64,000 bases of DNA, from positions 1,184,941-1,248,940 of the forward strand of contig MU058844.1 in the NCBI GenBank assembly GCA_013265495.1. The letters run 5' to 3'. Both the position numbers and the translations under genes were made by a program. Positions 26,872 to 39,248 of this stretch are shown piece by piece. The stretch comes from Vicugna vicugna. Its lineage: Eukaryota. Under the pieces are notes generated by a model. The model saw only the letters and a program-made list of their open reading frames with translations, did not search any database and was not told where the DNA came from. How positions within the stretch are numbered: the first letter of the stretch is position 1; every line of letters begins with the position of its first letter.

Positions 26872-27372
26872 TGTTGACTTAAGAAAATGCACAACCTACA
26901 AGACTTGAGAGTCATGTTTTATTTGGCGGACTTTCTGAGCACTTCAAGCCTGGGAGACGGCCTCTCAGATCTCTCTAAGAGACTGTTCTGAAGAGACAGA
27001 GGAGGAGCCAGGATATGTGAGTTTTTGCAACAAAAACAAGGTAGTTGGAACATCAAAAGATTACTGTTAATTAAAGAAAACCAGATATCTCAAGTTAAAG
27101 AATTTGGGGCTTTTTTATATATGGGAAGATGCAAAAGTCTCAGCTCATTGAAATCATTCCTTTGATGTGCACCTTAGCTATCTAGGGCCAGTGTCCTGTT
27201 CTTTCCCATCCTGAGTCCCCTCAGGGGGCACCTTTGCAGTCTCCGGGCACCCTGCTAGTCTCCATCCTGAGCTCCCTCCAGCTCACTCTCTGGGGTAGCA
27301 GTAGTGGCTGATAACCTGATAGCTGCAGCATCCTTCATTTGCTGATATGGCAGGCAATGTTTTTCATTTATA
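26872..27372 (-). mobile_element. ERV1-class solo LTR (MER34/MER39-like group)
   Basis: Minus strand ends 'aataaaacatgactctcaag...gttgtgcattttcttaagtcaaca'; ~500 bp; flanks ataa/atga fit a 4-bp TSD with one mismatch. Confidence 0.8.
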
Positions 27373-27713
27373 ATGACAACAACAATACTAAGCTGAAAAC
27401 TAGAACCAGTGTACAAAGCATACAAATAAAGCCAATGAAGCTCCAAGAGTGAAAACAAGAGAAAGCAGAGTCACAGCAGATGTTTCATGTGACAACTTAG
27501 AGCAGGATGACCGAGCAAGACAGAACAAGTACGAGGTGGAGAAATAGCTCGGACCTGGGCCTTTTGCCTCCCGAACTTGAGTCTATACCTAGTGTCAGAA
27601 TTAGTGACCAAAGAAAACTATCTTTGGCTGAAGTACAGAAGTAAGAATATAACTAATTTTATATTTAGCTGCATGTTTAAGACCTTAGTATTTCTATAAT
27701 CAAAATCATAATG

Positions 27714-27797
27714 TATTAGGTTCAATCACTGGAAATTGCCAACATGCCCTCATTTTTTACCTATAAAAACTACAGTTTCACATGGTTCAAGCTAATA
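27714..27797. mobile_element. MADE2 mariner MITE
   Basis: tattaggttcaatcactggaaattg ... cagtttcacatggttcaagctaata: imperfect TIRs, TA ends, ~84 bp. Confidence 0.85.
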
Positions 27798-28035
27798 GAT
27801 ATGAAGATATTCTCAATCAAACCTTTTGGTTTTGTTTTAAAGTTCATGTTGGAGACCCAAGGAGAACTTGTCCTTTACTAAGATTCTTACCTTCTCCTAG
27901 AGTTTGTGATTTATGAATTTGGTGCCATCTGGGGAAGTGACAGCCCCTGAAGTGTTCAGCCTGCCTCTGCCCCAGGTGTGATATGAAATTGGGGAGAAAG
28001 AAAAGTTCCAGAATTGCATAGGCTGAGGGGGGGTG

Positions 28036-28137
28036 ACTTGAAGACTCTGACAAAGATTTGATGCAGTGCCTTTTTTATGAATCTAACCATTGTGAAGCTT
28101 GGCATTATCTGTCTATCCATCCACTGTATACTACTGG
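28036..28137 (+). repeat. Local ~102-bp direct repeat, copy 1
   Basis: Near-identical to 28884-28985. Confidence 0.95.
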
Positions 28138-28883
28138 TGCCTGCTTCTGTACATGTTTATTTCTTTTTATTGCTTTGCTTTTTACTTCCAACTCATTTGA
28201 CTTCAGGTTCCAGATTTGTTTTTCTCTTTGTAAACTAGATTTTGAAATTATTATCTGGCCCATCTGTTTGCTTCTCTTAAATGAAATGTAAATTGGCTTG
28301 TTTTAAATTTCAGGTACTTTAGTTTTGATTCTACTCCTCATCTCCATTTGGCCACAGCAGTAAATTTTTTGCTGCCAAGAATAGAGAAACCTTGCTGTTT
28401 AGAATCTTTGTCTTTAAATGAATGTGCATTTTAGTATTAAAAATAATTCTCAGTGTTTAATAGGTTTGATTTGCTTGCTTCTAATCTTACGTGTTTGCTC
28501 TTTTTTCTCTCATTCTTTCCTGTACTGTGGCCCCACATTTATGTTCCCTTCATACTATTTTTCATATCCTTTCTCTTTGACAAGGAACCCAAGATAAGCC
28601 ACTATCTGTTCCTTTCTCAAAGTTAGAAAAAAAGATGCTTCTGAGATCAGGCTGATTCCTGTGGGCCCCTTGCATAAATGATTATGGTGCATTAGGTAAT
28701 GACCTTTCATTGGCCAATCAATAATTATTGACGGCCTGTGCAGAATACTGTACATGCCACAGTGTGGGTAATGATAGGCACACATCTCATGAGAGACATT
28801 GAAATATTCATGGACATGGACTTTCTTGCCATTATTGCTTTCAAGATCCATCTATAATGGACTCATATTTAGAATGGAAGGAA

Positions 28884-28985
28884 ACTTGAGACTCTCACAA
28901 AGATTTGATGCAGTGCCTTTTTTATGAATCTAACCATTGTGAAGCTTGGCATTTATCTGTCTATCCATCCACTATATGCTACTGG
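28884..28985 (+). repeat. Local ~102-bp direct repeat, copy 2
   Basis: Near-identical to 28036-28137 (3 substitutions, 2 single-base indels by eye). Confidence 0.95.
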
Positions 28986-29543
28986 CAGTGCTATGCTATG
29001 TAAGGTATGCAGGTAATAGGTAGACAATTGTTCTGAGGGTGGTGGAAGTTCAGCCTTACAGAATAGTCTCTCCTCCCTTAACCTCTGTCAAGTACTAAAA
29101 TGCTCTCCTCTCAAGAATTACCTTAAAGTTATCTTTTCCATGTTTCATTTTATTACCTAGGAGAGGTACTTCTTATCCAGCCACACATTAGGCAGAGCAG
29201 CTGATCCTGTCTTCACATGGCAGGGAACAAGGCCATGAGCTACTGTGACCCAGGACTGTTTTACTTTGACTTGATGGAAGTTGTTTGGGAAAGAACTAAA
29301 AGAAAGGTCACCTTGAATAGTCCTAGGGAAGGGGGAAAATGTCGGATCTCTCAACAAACAGGGATACTGAGAAGGAGGAATAGATGCCACAGAAGAGAAC
29401 TGAACAAACACCACCAAAGCATCCACTCTTGCTTCAGTTTAGCTTTGGGCCAACCTGAGTAGGGAAGTTGCAGGGAGCAATGGAGCAAGTTCTTGGAGAG
29501 CTGGGGGAAGCTTTTATCAGCCATCTAGATGGGGAGGTGCATA

Positions 29544-29657
29544 TGGGGAGACCAACTCATCCGGGTTCACCTGGGACTTTCCTGGTTTTAACACTGAGCA
29601 ATCCATATCCCCAGAATCCCCTCAGTCCTAGGAACATCAAGATGGGTGGTCACCCTG
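29544..29657 (+). mobile_element. MER81 hAT-Blackjack MITE
   Basis: 114 bp, 'gaccaactcatccgggtt...gggactttcctggtttta...ggtggtcaccctg'. Confidence 0.88.
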
Positions 29658-32062
29658 CCTCACACCTCATATACTGAGAATACCACCCTCCTTTTCACAA
29701 ATGATATTTCTAGGAAATCTGCATGAAAGTCATTCTTATATGAGCTGTGTCAAATAACGTGATTCAAACTCAAACGTTTTATTTCTTCCTGCATTTCTCT
29801 GAGTTTCTGGATCATCCTTGTAGGTTATATTGCCTTCTGTTTTTTGATAGCATGGGCCTTTCCTCCTGGTAGAACATTACCTCACCCTTCCCCACTCCCC
29901 ATAATTATTTTCCCTTTTTAATTTTAGAAACCAATTCATTCTAGGAATATCACCTCCCAAAGATACTGTTTGGCACAATGCGAGCAGATTCTCTGAGGGC
30001 TCTAATAGGAGTTGTGAAGCTGAGAGATTTCAGAGGTGTCATTCTCACTAGAATTCAACAGTGGCCACCTATTTCCACGTGCAGATAAGTGTGAAGTGTG
30101 ATGTGACTTCAGAAACATCAGGTCCTTGGTCCTAGGAGATAAGCAGATACTGATTTTCTCACAAGAAGCCTGGAATGTTCCAAAATACACAGCACTTATA
30201 AAATATGTGCTTGCCTTTGCCCTGACAGATCTTTGTTTAAACTGTAATTTACAGAAAGATATTAAGTCATGGTCACAATCCTATATGTTTACATGAATCT
30301 ATGGCAGTACCATAAAAGCATTTATAAACTTCATAACTGGACAATATTTTTAAAAACTTTAAACCAGATTAAATAATTCACTAAAAAATGTCATTTAGGT
30401 GAACTCTAATACATTCTATTATCTGAAAGTATTTGTAACAAAATTTCACCCCATTCTAATTCTTTGCTACAAGGCAGCCAAGTACTAATGTCCTTAGCAA
30501 GGAAAACAATGAAAACATTCATAAATTAAGATTTTGCTCATGAAGTCGACTTTCATTAACTTGACTAACAATGGAGAGAAAATGTATTGCTTTATTTTTT
30601 TTAAGCTGAATGATAGTTAAAACAAAAGTTTACAAAAAGTGGTACAAAGCTCAGTTAAAAATGCATCCAGTATTTAGAAACACAATTACTATTGACTAGA
30701 GGTCATCCAAAAGTGGAAAATTAACACAAGACATTAGTTTACGGACATTAAACATTACATAAACTCTTGGTGTGGAGTATGTGTGGTGGGGGAACCAGCC
30801 ATAAGGTTTTGATCTGTTAAAATAGTCTTCTATTGTTGGTGTTTCTTAGCTGAGCAATTTTATTCAGATATTTGAACAGTAAGAATCCTAATAACTGAAT
30901 TTTACTGATTTCTGTGTGATGTATATAAAGTTTACTTTTTTTTTACATGTAAAATCTCATTTAAATCACCCAACAATCATACAGCTATAATCCCTTCACA
31001 TTTACATCTCGAAGTCTACATGGTACATATAAAGGTATGTGGTATGTGGCCCACAACTTCTGAATTAGTGTTTGTGGAGGCAGGCCTAGGAATCCTCATT
31101 TTTAACAAGTTTCTAGATAATTGGTATGCCCTCAAAACAAAATACACGTCTAATAATTAAAGATCTGTTATTACTATTAACAGTTTTCTTACTCTCTTGG
31201 GACTTGCCAGAATTAGGCAGTACCTTGCTCTCATTTTTAGTCAGAACAGATACAGTAATTTCCCAAATTAGTCTATGTGTAGAAGAGTTTCTAAACATGA
31301 GAGGAAATTTATCTTAGTAAAGCTCATACAAAACTTGAACATCTCTAGTAAGCAAGTTAAACCTTCCTGTACTGATATGAGTATCTTGAAAACTTTAGTG
31401 ACTGTTAAGGATATAAAGTATTTTGTCTGTGGTCTCCACACATTTTATATAGTTACAGTGGCCACAATCAGGAGACAGTAGGGGGGAGAGAGAGATCATT
31501 TTTGATCCACGATCTCCTCCCAGAAATGCCATTCCTACTAAAGTTTATGAAGAAGTAGACATTGAATTGCATATCTTTGTAAGAATATCATCTAGGAGGT
31601 TTACTTAAAGACAAGAAACACATGGTGCTGAAGAGAGCTTAAGAGCTGACACAGTGGGGAGACTGGTTAACATAAGGTCAGAGAGTTTTGGCAGAAAAAC
31701 AAGCCCCTTTATGTGGCTTGGAGAAATAGAGCAAGTATTTTGAAATCAGGGTTTTGAGAAATATGTTGTAGTGTGGAATAGATTTCTTTTCTAAAAAATT
31801 GAAGTAAATTTTTGCTGGCCTTTTTTTTTTTTTTTCCCCAAACATATATTTACTGTCACATAAGTCAGGACTTTCAACTTTCAAACTTGAATTTCTGAAC
31901 ATACCAACAAGGGCAAAAGTGCATTTTGTTCAACATGGCCTGCCAGGAATTGCCACCTCTTGTTATACTGCCTTCTGTGGAGCAAAAATCCACCACTTAC
32001 CTGCCTCTTTCCTTCCTCATTCTTCCTGGCGACCTGTTTTTCCTCATTTCTTTTTTCCCTGT

Positions 32063-32112
32063 TCTCTCTCTCTCTCTTTCTCCCTCTTTTCTCTCTTGCA
32101 TTTTTTTTTTTT
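32063..32112. repeat. (CT)n plus poly-T low complexity
   Basis: Visible in sequence. Confidence 0.8.
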
Positions 32113-33149
32113 CCTCAGGGGTCGGGGAGTTGGATTCGTCTCTCTGAATCTCACTCTTTCTCCAGTCCCATGTCAATTCTCCCATCTCATCTTTCCAACC
32201 CACTCCAGCCCACAGTAATTTCTCCTTTTCCTGACTTCTCATATTACTAAATGTCTACGCCAAAGACTTTGGCTCATGAATATTCTAACTCATAGTGTTG
32301 AATGTTGTCCAATTGTATTTTATGTAAAAGTCCAGTTCCTTAACTAGATCCTACACATCTGAGACCAAGAAAGAGAACATATGTTACTTTTACATCTCCA
32401 ACAGGGTACATAACCAATGTTCAATAAATATACAGTATTTTGAATCACGTTGAGGTTTTTTTTCCCCAATCAAATGTAATTCCTTCCTTGTTCTTGCTCA
32501 GTCCTACTAATTTTTATCTGTAACTCCTTTGATAGGCTGAGGGAGAAAAAAAGGAATTAATAATCACAATCAGTTATTCGTTAGTGGAAAGCTAAGTGTT
32601 GAAGAATATTAACCCTGTCAAGAATGAAATATAATAAACTGAATTTCATCTGAATATTTGTTCACAGTTCATACAAAGAAACTTGAAGATAGTTATATTT
32701 CAACTAATGTTGACAAGTTGGATGGTAATAGGCACTAGTCAGAAACTACTGGATAATCAATATTAATTTCAACTTTATGAAGTAGCCATGTGAAATATAG
32801 CTAGGTAGAAATAACTTTAATTTATAAAAATGCCTTTCCTGGTTAATTTGATCATTGCTTATGTTTGGCATAAAGACCTTTTACATAGTTGTTAGACATT
32901 GCATATTGGCCATGATGTTGAACATGATCTGTAGGATTTTTCCATTTACAGTCAAATAAGTATTTTCAGTAACAATAAAACATTACCACATAGAGTAAAG
33001 TCCCACAGACAGTTATAAAGGCTGAAGGACAAGTAATCAGCAGGCTTCAGGTGACCTTTCTGAATGAGGGTAAGATCTTAGTAGAAAACAAGTGTTCAAT
33101 AAGCATTTGGAACATGTGAGATCAGGTTTGTTCACATGTTAATTCCCCA

Positions 33150-33330
33150 GTGTAATGAAAAGAGCATGAGCTGGGGTGCAGGAGAGCTGTAATTCAAGTC
33201 CCATTTTCTGCTTTCTGGCTGTGAAGCCTTGGATGAGATACTTAGTGCATTTGAACATTAATTTCCTCAACAGCAAAAGACATACAAAAATATTTCAATG
33301 GGTTTTTGAAAGTTACATGAGAAAAATCTG
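33150..33330 (+). mobile_element. MIR SINE
   Basis: 'gtgtaatgaaaagagcatgagctggg...gctgtgaagccttgga...tttcctca'. Confidence 0.65.
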
Positions 33331-33834
33331 TAAGCGCTTGAGAAAAAAATTGCAGCTGCTTTCTGAATGATGTCATTTGTACCTCAGTTTCTCCATATTG
33401 TACAAGGTTGGATTGACATGGATGTCATGAAACAAAGATAATGAAAATTTGCAGTGTGAGACTCAGAGATCAAGAGGTATGACTTAAGGGTTAAGAATTA
33501 ATCTATGAATTTAATTTGAAAAATTGCACTTCTCTATGTGTGTCTGTCATCAAGGCAACTAACATTAGCTATTTACTTTGTGAAAAATGGCCACAATTAA
33601 CATGTAGGTCTACCACCCAGGCCACAATGAAGGCGGCTCGGGGGCACTAATAACCCCACTTGGTGGGAGAACACAGTACCCACAGTGGGCAGCAGTGGTA
33701 CAGAATCATCCCCAAACTAGCTACAGCCTGGCATGCACAGCCCTGAAGACAGCTCGTCCCCAAGTGGTGGACTGGCCAGAGAAGGGGCTAGAATCCCTTA
33801 CAGAGGACACCTAGCCGCAGTTCACCTTTTCTCT

Positions 33835-34050
33835 AGAATTTATTGTGTGCAGCCACCGTGCTTTACATCCATTTTCTCATTTAATCTACCCAAGAAGCTT
33901 ATGAAGTTGGTATTACTAGTATCTTCAATTTACATATGAGTAAACTGAGGCACAGGAAGGTTATGTGACTGATCCTGAGGCACATGCCTAGGAAACCACA
34001 GGTAAGAGTCCAGCCCAGGCCTTCTCAATCCACAGGCTCTGCTCTTAAAT
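33835..34050 (-). mobile_element. MIR SINE
   Basis: 'tttacatatgagtaaactgaggcacaggaaggttatgtgact'. Confidence 0.8.
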
Positions 34051-34690
34051 CTTTCTGAAAGGAAAACACAATAGATACCTTCACACGAACACCACGAGAG
34101 GTGCCTCCTGGATCTGGGACTGGGTGATGGAAGTATGAAGGGGACGGCCATTTGATTAGATGGCCTCGTGTGATTTCGTCAGTCTGGTATGCTGCCCAAA
34201 TGGCAGAGACTCTGCTCCCAGACAGATGCTGGGTGAGAACGTCTGGTGATAAGGATGACTGTGCGTGCTGCTGTGTGTCCCAGCTACCGGATAGGTTGTC
34301 TTTTTCCAAGGGCGGGGGTTGCTCTCTCTGACTTGACCCAGATAAGTGCCAGACATGGGAGCACAGGTGCAAGATCAACTGGTCTGCTTCTTGGGTGGAA
34401 TTTTCCTGCTTAAGTAAAAGAAAAAAAAAGTGCAGGAAAAACAGCAGCTTCCTATGACCTCATTCTACTTAAAATTCCTGGATATGTCTCTGTTTCCCCT
34501 CTGGTTCCAAACTTTTTTTTTTTTTAACTTTTATACTAAATCCAGCTTCTTTAAAAGGAAACAAGTATCAACTTCATAAAGAAATGGCATTGATTTTTCT
34601 TCCCAGAACATTTTGAGTTACAGAGTCAAAGCATTTTATTTAATTGATCCCTGATTGAGTTTTTCCCAGATGATCAATCTTTCTTGAAAA

Positions 34691-34905
34691 GGTGGTTCAT
34701 ACTTTCTACATTAGAATCACTAGGCCTGTTCGTTAAATTCAGCCAACCATTTATCAAAGCTATTTACTGAGTATGTACTATGTGACAGGCATTCTATTAG
34801 ATGTTGACTTGTGGTCCTCTCCCCAGATCTTCTGAATTGGTATCTCTGGAGGTGAGCCCAGAAACCAGATAATTTTTATGCCCTCAAAACTTTGAAGACC
34901 ACTGT
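34691..34905. mobile_element. MER5-type MITE interrupted by an L2 3' tail (~34738-34805, minus)
   Basis: MER5 left part 'gtggttc...tagaatcac...gttaaa'; L2 'tatttactgagtatgtactatgtgacaggcattct'; MER5 right part 'ccccagat...ctttgaagaccactg'. Confidence 0.65.
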
Positions 34906-35356
34906 CCTATATTATGAATTCTTTAAATACAGAGCTTGAGGTTTTATGTAACTTTGTTTGTGACCCCTAACCGATTGCATGGCATGATGGTGTTGATGTG
35001 TGATTGGTTACAATTCAATGAAGAAGTGAACTTCCAAATTCACTGCTTAGAGTGACATAGGGAGATCAGAGCTATCATTTATTTTTGTTTGTATTTTTAC
35101 ACTTTTTGATTTGCTGGTCCTGAGCCTAGCTGCTCTGACACCTGTAAGTCAAGAATCTGTTTATTTCAGAGTTCTGATTTTTCTTTTGTCCAGAGTGTGT
35201 TAACCATTAGATTATGTGTTTCTTTGCTGGGATATTCTTAAAATCCACTTTGCTTTATTATTAAATATTCAAAGAATGTCAAATTTGAGTAGGCTTTACA
35301 AGATAAGTATGCTAACCTCTCATCTAGTACTTAAATTTTCCCCACAGTATACTCTC

Positions 35357-35720
35357 TGTATTAGTCAGAACAGGGTTACTGCTTTAACAAACAACCTCAA
35401 AATTTCACTGTCTTCATCACAATGAAACTTATTTCTCACTTGTGTCTTATTCCAGTGCAAATAGCAGAAGGAGGCTGTGTCAGTCAGGCACCCAGGCTCC
35501 TTCTGTCTTGTGGCTCTGTCCTCAGTCAGAAAACCAAGGTCTTCCCCCTTTCAGGCAGGAGATGGGGCAAGAGGGTGAGGATCACATGAGGGGTTGAAAG
35601 GGCCACCCAATATGACATGTGTGGCTTTCACTCATTTCATCAGCCAGAACTCAGCCGCTGGCCCACACCTGAACTGCAGAGGAGCCTGGCACATGTGGTC
35701 AAAGTGGTGAGCATATGTCC
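35357..35720 (-). mobile_element. MLT1-type (H/I/J-like) LTR
   Basis: 'tgtattagtcag...gttactgctttaacaaacaacctcaaaatttca...cttatttctcact', antisense MLT1 end. Confidence 0.65.
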
Positions 35721-35744
35721 TCTGCCTTAGCCCCCAAGTAGTCA

Positions 35745-36470
35745 TATGGCCTCCCACCAATTCTTCCAGTGACAGAGAACTCACTACTTTTTAAGTAAGG
35801 TAACTTATCATCTTGAAACATCCCAGACTGTGAGTTCTTCTTTCATTGAGTTGAAATATATTTAGCTGCACTGGCAAGACTGTGCAATATTTAAGACCAT
35901 GGTTTCTGGAATCAGACTGCTTGAGTTTGTATCCAAACTCCATCAACTTTGGGCAGTTACTCATTTTTCAGTGTTTTCTCATAAGCTAATTCATGTATTG
36001 CCTGGCTTGTGCCTAACATGTAATAAATTCTCAATAAGTATTAGTCGTTAATACTTGATATATTGGTCCTTGTTCCACCTCCATCTTCAGATATACATCC
36101 TTGTCCTTGGATGTTTAAAGATATCTCTATCCCTGTTCTGAGTATCTTCCAGAATTGTCAGCTGTTCCTCACATGACCTCATTTAACATTCCATCTCTAT
36201 CCTGTTCATGCTTCTTAAATTGTGGTCCAGTGTGCCTGTACCCCTTGAAGAGAGTGGCCCTCTTACCAGAATATAAGATTTTGATATGCTCTGACCAAGG
36301 TAAAGGGCAGCAAAACTATAACCTTATTTTTAGCAGCTATTCCTCTATTTATGTAGTCTGAGATCACATTAGTTTTTTAGCCACCACTTCACCCAGTTGT
36401 ACTTACTGGTCTTATTTTCTACTAAAGTTTTTAAAATTTATATAAATGCTGAGCCAAGTCTCTTTCATTA
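35745..36470 (-). mobile_element. L3/CR1 fragment with MIR insertion (~35878-36050, plus)
   Basis: 'ttccagtgacagagaactcactac', 'gttcttctttcattgagttgaaat', 'tctgaccaag', 'gagatcacattagttttttagcc' resemble L3. Confidence 0.6.
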
Positions 36471-39060
36471 TTGTCGGCCTTTTTAGTTTCAAGAGAAGAT
36501 TTTTAAGTGTTTAGGATTTTTTTCCCTTATTTTTGAGACGTTAAAAAGAAGGGAAAAAAGAGACAAAACACCAGCTTATCTTTTCTTGGCATGTAGACTC
36601 ACACCACTGTCCTAACCCAAATTTCTTTGGCCTTTTCTTCTTTTGGGGCGGGAGTTTCTCTATGTGAGTTGCCACATCATGTGGGTTTTGGGAAGGATAA
36701 GAGGGAAGCAAAAGACGCAGTGGGATAAGCAGGCAGAAACTGCAGTTGCCACTACTGGCAAGTTGGACCCAGCATGCTCCTTGGTGACCCTGATGGCTTC
36801 TTGCAAACCTGTGATTCTGAGTCTCTGTGTCATAAATAAGTGGATTCTGGCTCCAAAAGCCTCAGTATACCAATCTGGGAAAATGGGAACACTCTGATTT
36901 TTGAAATCCTAGTTCTAAGTACTCTCTCTTCAGATCAAGAACGAGCTTGCTTCTTCTTAATAGTTGCTCTGTGATCGCTGCTCCTGCAACCACCCTCTTC
37001 ATCACCATGGAAGCTTGACCTTGGAGCTTAATCCACCAAACTCCCTAGTCTTCTTTACTAAAGCCAATCTTTGGTAATGATTTATTTGAGACTGGTACAA
37101 TGACCTTTTCTATAATAACAGCAGCAACAACAATAATAGGATACTAGCTAATATAGATTGAGCAGGTACTGTTTGTGAGGATCATACTATGGGATAGGTT
37201 ATATTATTAACCATACGTTATAGAAGAAGAAATTGATAAATAGAAAATTGTAGTAATTTGCTCAGGTTTACATAGCGGGAGAAGCAGTTAAGTAGGCTCT
37301 TTAAGTGTAGAAGGCAAACTGCCACTCATAAATGAACAAAGGCCCCGCCATTCATCACCAGAGGTTTTAGCTGCCAGGCTGTCCCAGTAAAGTCTCATAC
37401 CACATATAACCCATACCCTTTTGTGGACACTCTTCACTAATTCACCTGACTTGTACAGATCATGCTTTAAAACAGTGTCTGTTAACCCAGTGGTTGGTAA
37501 GAGGCTAAAATGGTACTCTGGTGTAATTTCAAAATGATCAGCGTGAAGTGCTGTGCATGAACTTCAAGGAACACAGGAGAGATTTTGTAGCATATTAATA
37601 TGATGACTTAAAAAAATAATCCTTACAAGACCAAGGCTGCTAATCCCTTCAGTTCTCCCAAGCTGAGGGTGGGGAAACCCCAAGAAACAGAACAATCCAA
37701 TCACCTTGTCCTGTAGCCCACATGCACAGCTGACTTCTGAGAAGTGAACTTAACTTTTAGAGGTTTCATGATCACCTGCTGGACAACATGCAGCACCAAC
37801 CTAACCGCTAATCTCAGATCTCGTAGCAACACAGATCGTCTGGAACCCAAAATAGTCCTGCCTAGAGCTCTTTCACTTCTTATCACTTGAGCAAGAGCCT
37901 GTGTAAGAAAGGTGTCTGTTAGCCAACAGCTGCTGATTCTCAAAGAAACGAGTGGATGTGTAGCTGCTTCCATTTAATCAGTCACCATCTGTCTCAGCAG
38001 TATTAACGCTTTTATTTCACCAGACACCTCTAGCTATGCATGTTTCTTTTTAGCCAAGAGTCCACTGGACTTTTTCAAATTCACTCCCACATGTGATATT
38101 TTCACAGGGCTTCGCATTGAATGAAATCCCCTTTAATCCCAACCCTTTTCCACTTTATTGTATTTCTTAACATTTTCCTTTTGTAGAAACACATTAGAGG
38201 CCAATCCCTAAGACCTTGAGAGAGACACACAAAAGAAAGTCAGACTTTGCTAGAGGATCTTTAACCTGCCTGGAGCTTTGATATCATCTGATTAGAACTC
38301 CTCGTTTCTTCACCCTTTGGCCTCAATTAGAGACTCTGCTGCCATAAAGTGGATTACTCCTGAATAAGGGCACAGTGTCCACTGTGATAACATTACTTCC
38401 ATCCAGGAGAGCTATGAGACCTGCAGCCTGAGAACACTTTGCTTGATAGTAGGTACAATGCAGTTTTGACTAGAAGTCTTATCTAAACTAATTGTTCTGG
38501 GCTTACCCAAAAGCAATTTACGTCAGCAGGGGAAATCAATAAAGAAATACTAATGGAGAGCATTGTTGGAATTTGTTGCAAGGATGTATTGTTTTATGAT
38601 GAAAAACCAATAAAGATTTTTTAATTGCATATTTCTAGATCAACTAAATGGTTAGCTCCTGCACTAAATTTAATTTGAGGAAACAGTATGAAAAATCTTT
38701 ATTTTTCCTTAACTTCTGCCAAGCTCCTCTTGAGTGGTTACATGCAGCCTCCATGTACCTTGTTGTTGAAAGGAGTGGATAGCCACATTTATTCTCTGCA
38801 ATTTTCATATGTTCTTACTTTAAGGTAAAACAAACCAAGGAGTTGAATTTAAATTAGACCAAAAGAGATCTTCAAAATCTGAAGAAAGCCTGGTATATAA
38901 GAGTTTGTTTATAAAGACCAAGTAGAACTACTGTATTGCAAAGGTACCAAGGATTCTGCAGAATTCAATTCAATTTCTAGCAATCACTAGTTATTTACTA
39001 TGAATAAGCCATTTTTTTTTCAGTTATGAGTTGGTCTCTCCTGCCTTTAAAGCATATTTG

Positions 39061-39175
39061 TCTTTCTTTTTAGATTCCACATATAAGTGATACCATATGT
39101 TATTTTTCTTTCTCTTTCTGGCTTACTTCAATAAAAAAATATATATATATACAAAAAAATACATAAATAAAATAC
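39061..39175. mobile_element. Tiny 5'-inverted (twin-primed) L1 insertion
   Basis: Antisense L1 piece 39061-39130, then AATAAA and A-rich tail; TSD taaagcatatttg (39048-39060) / taaagcaaatttg (39176-39188). Confidence 0.8.
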
Positions 39176-39187
39176 TAAAGCAAATTT

Positions 39188-39248
39188 GAAGAAGAAGAGG
39201 AGGGAAAAGAGGAAGAGCAGGAGGAGAAGGAGGAGGGATAAGGAGAAA
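39188..39248. repeat. GA-rich low complexity
   Basis: gaagaagaagaggagggaaaagaggaagagcaggaggagaaggaggagg. Confidence 0.75.

Noticed and set aside
31919..32250. Four overlapping ORFs, hydrophobic or charged
   Set aside because: Artefact of CT-rich low-complexity sequence lacking stop codons
37701..37973. 90-aa ATG-initiated minus-strand ORF in unique DNA
   Set aside because: No recognisable family, promoter or supporting exons; length within chance expectation
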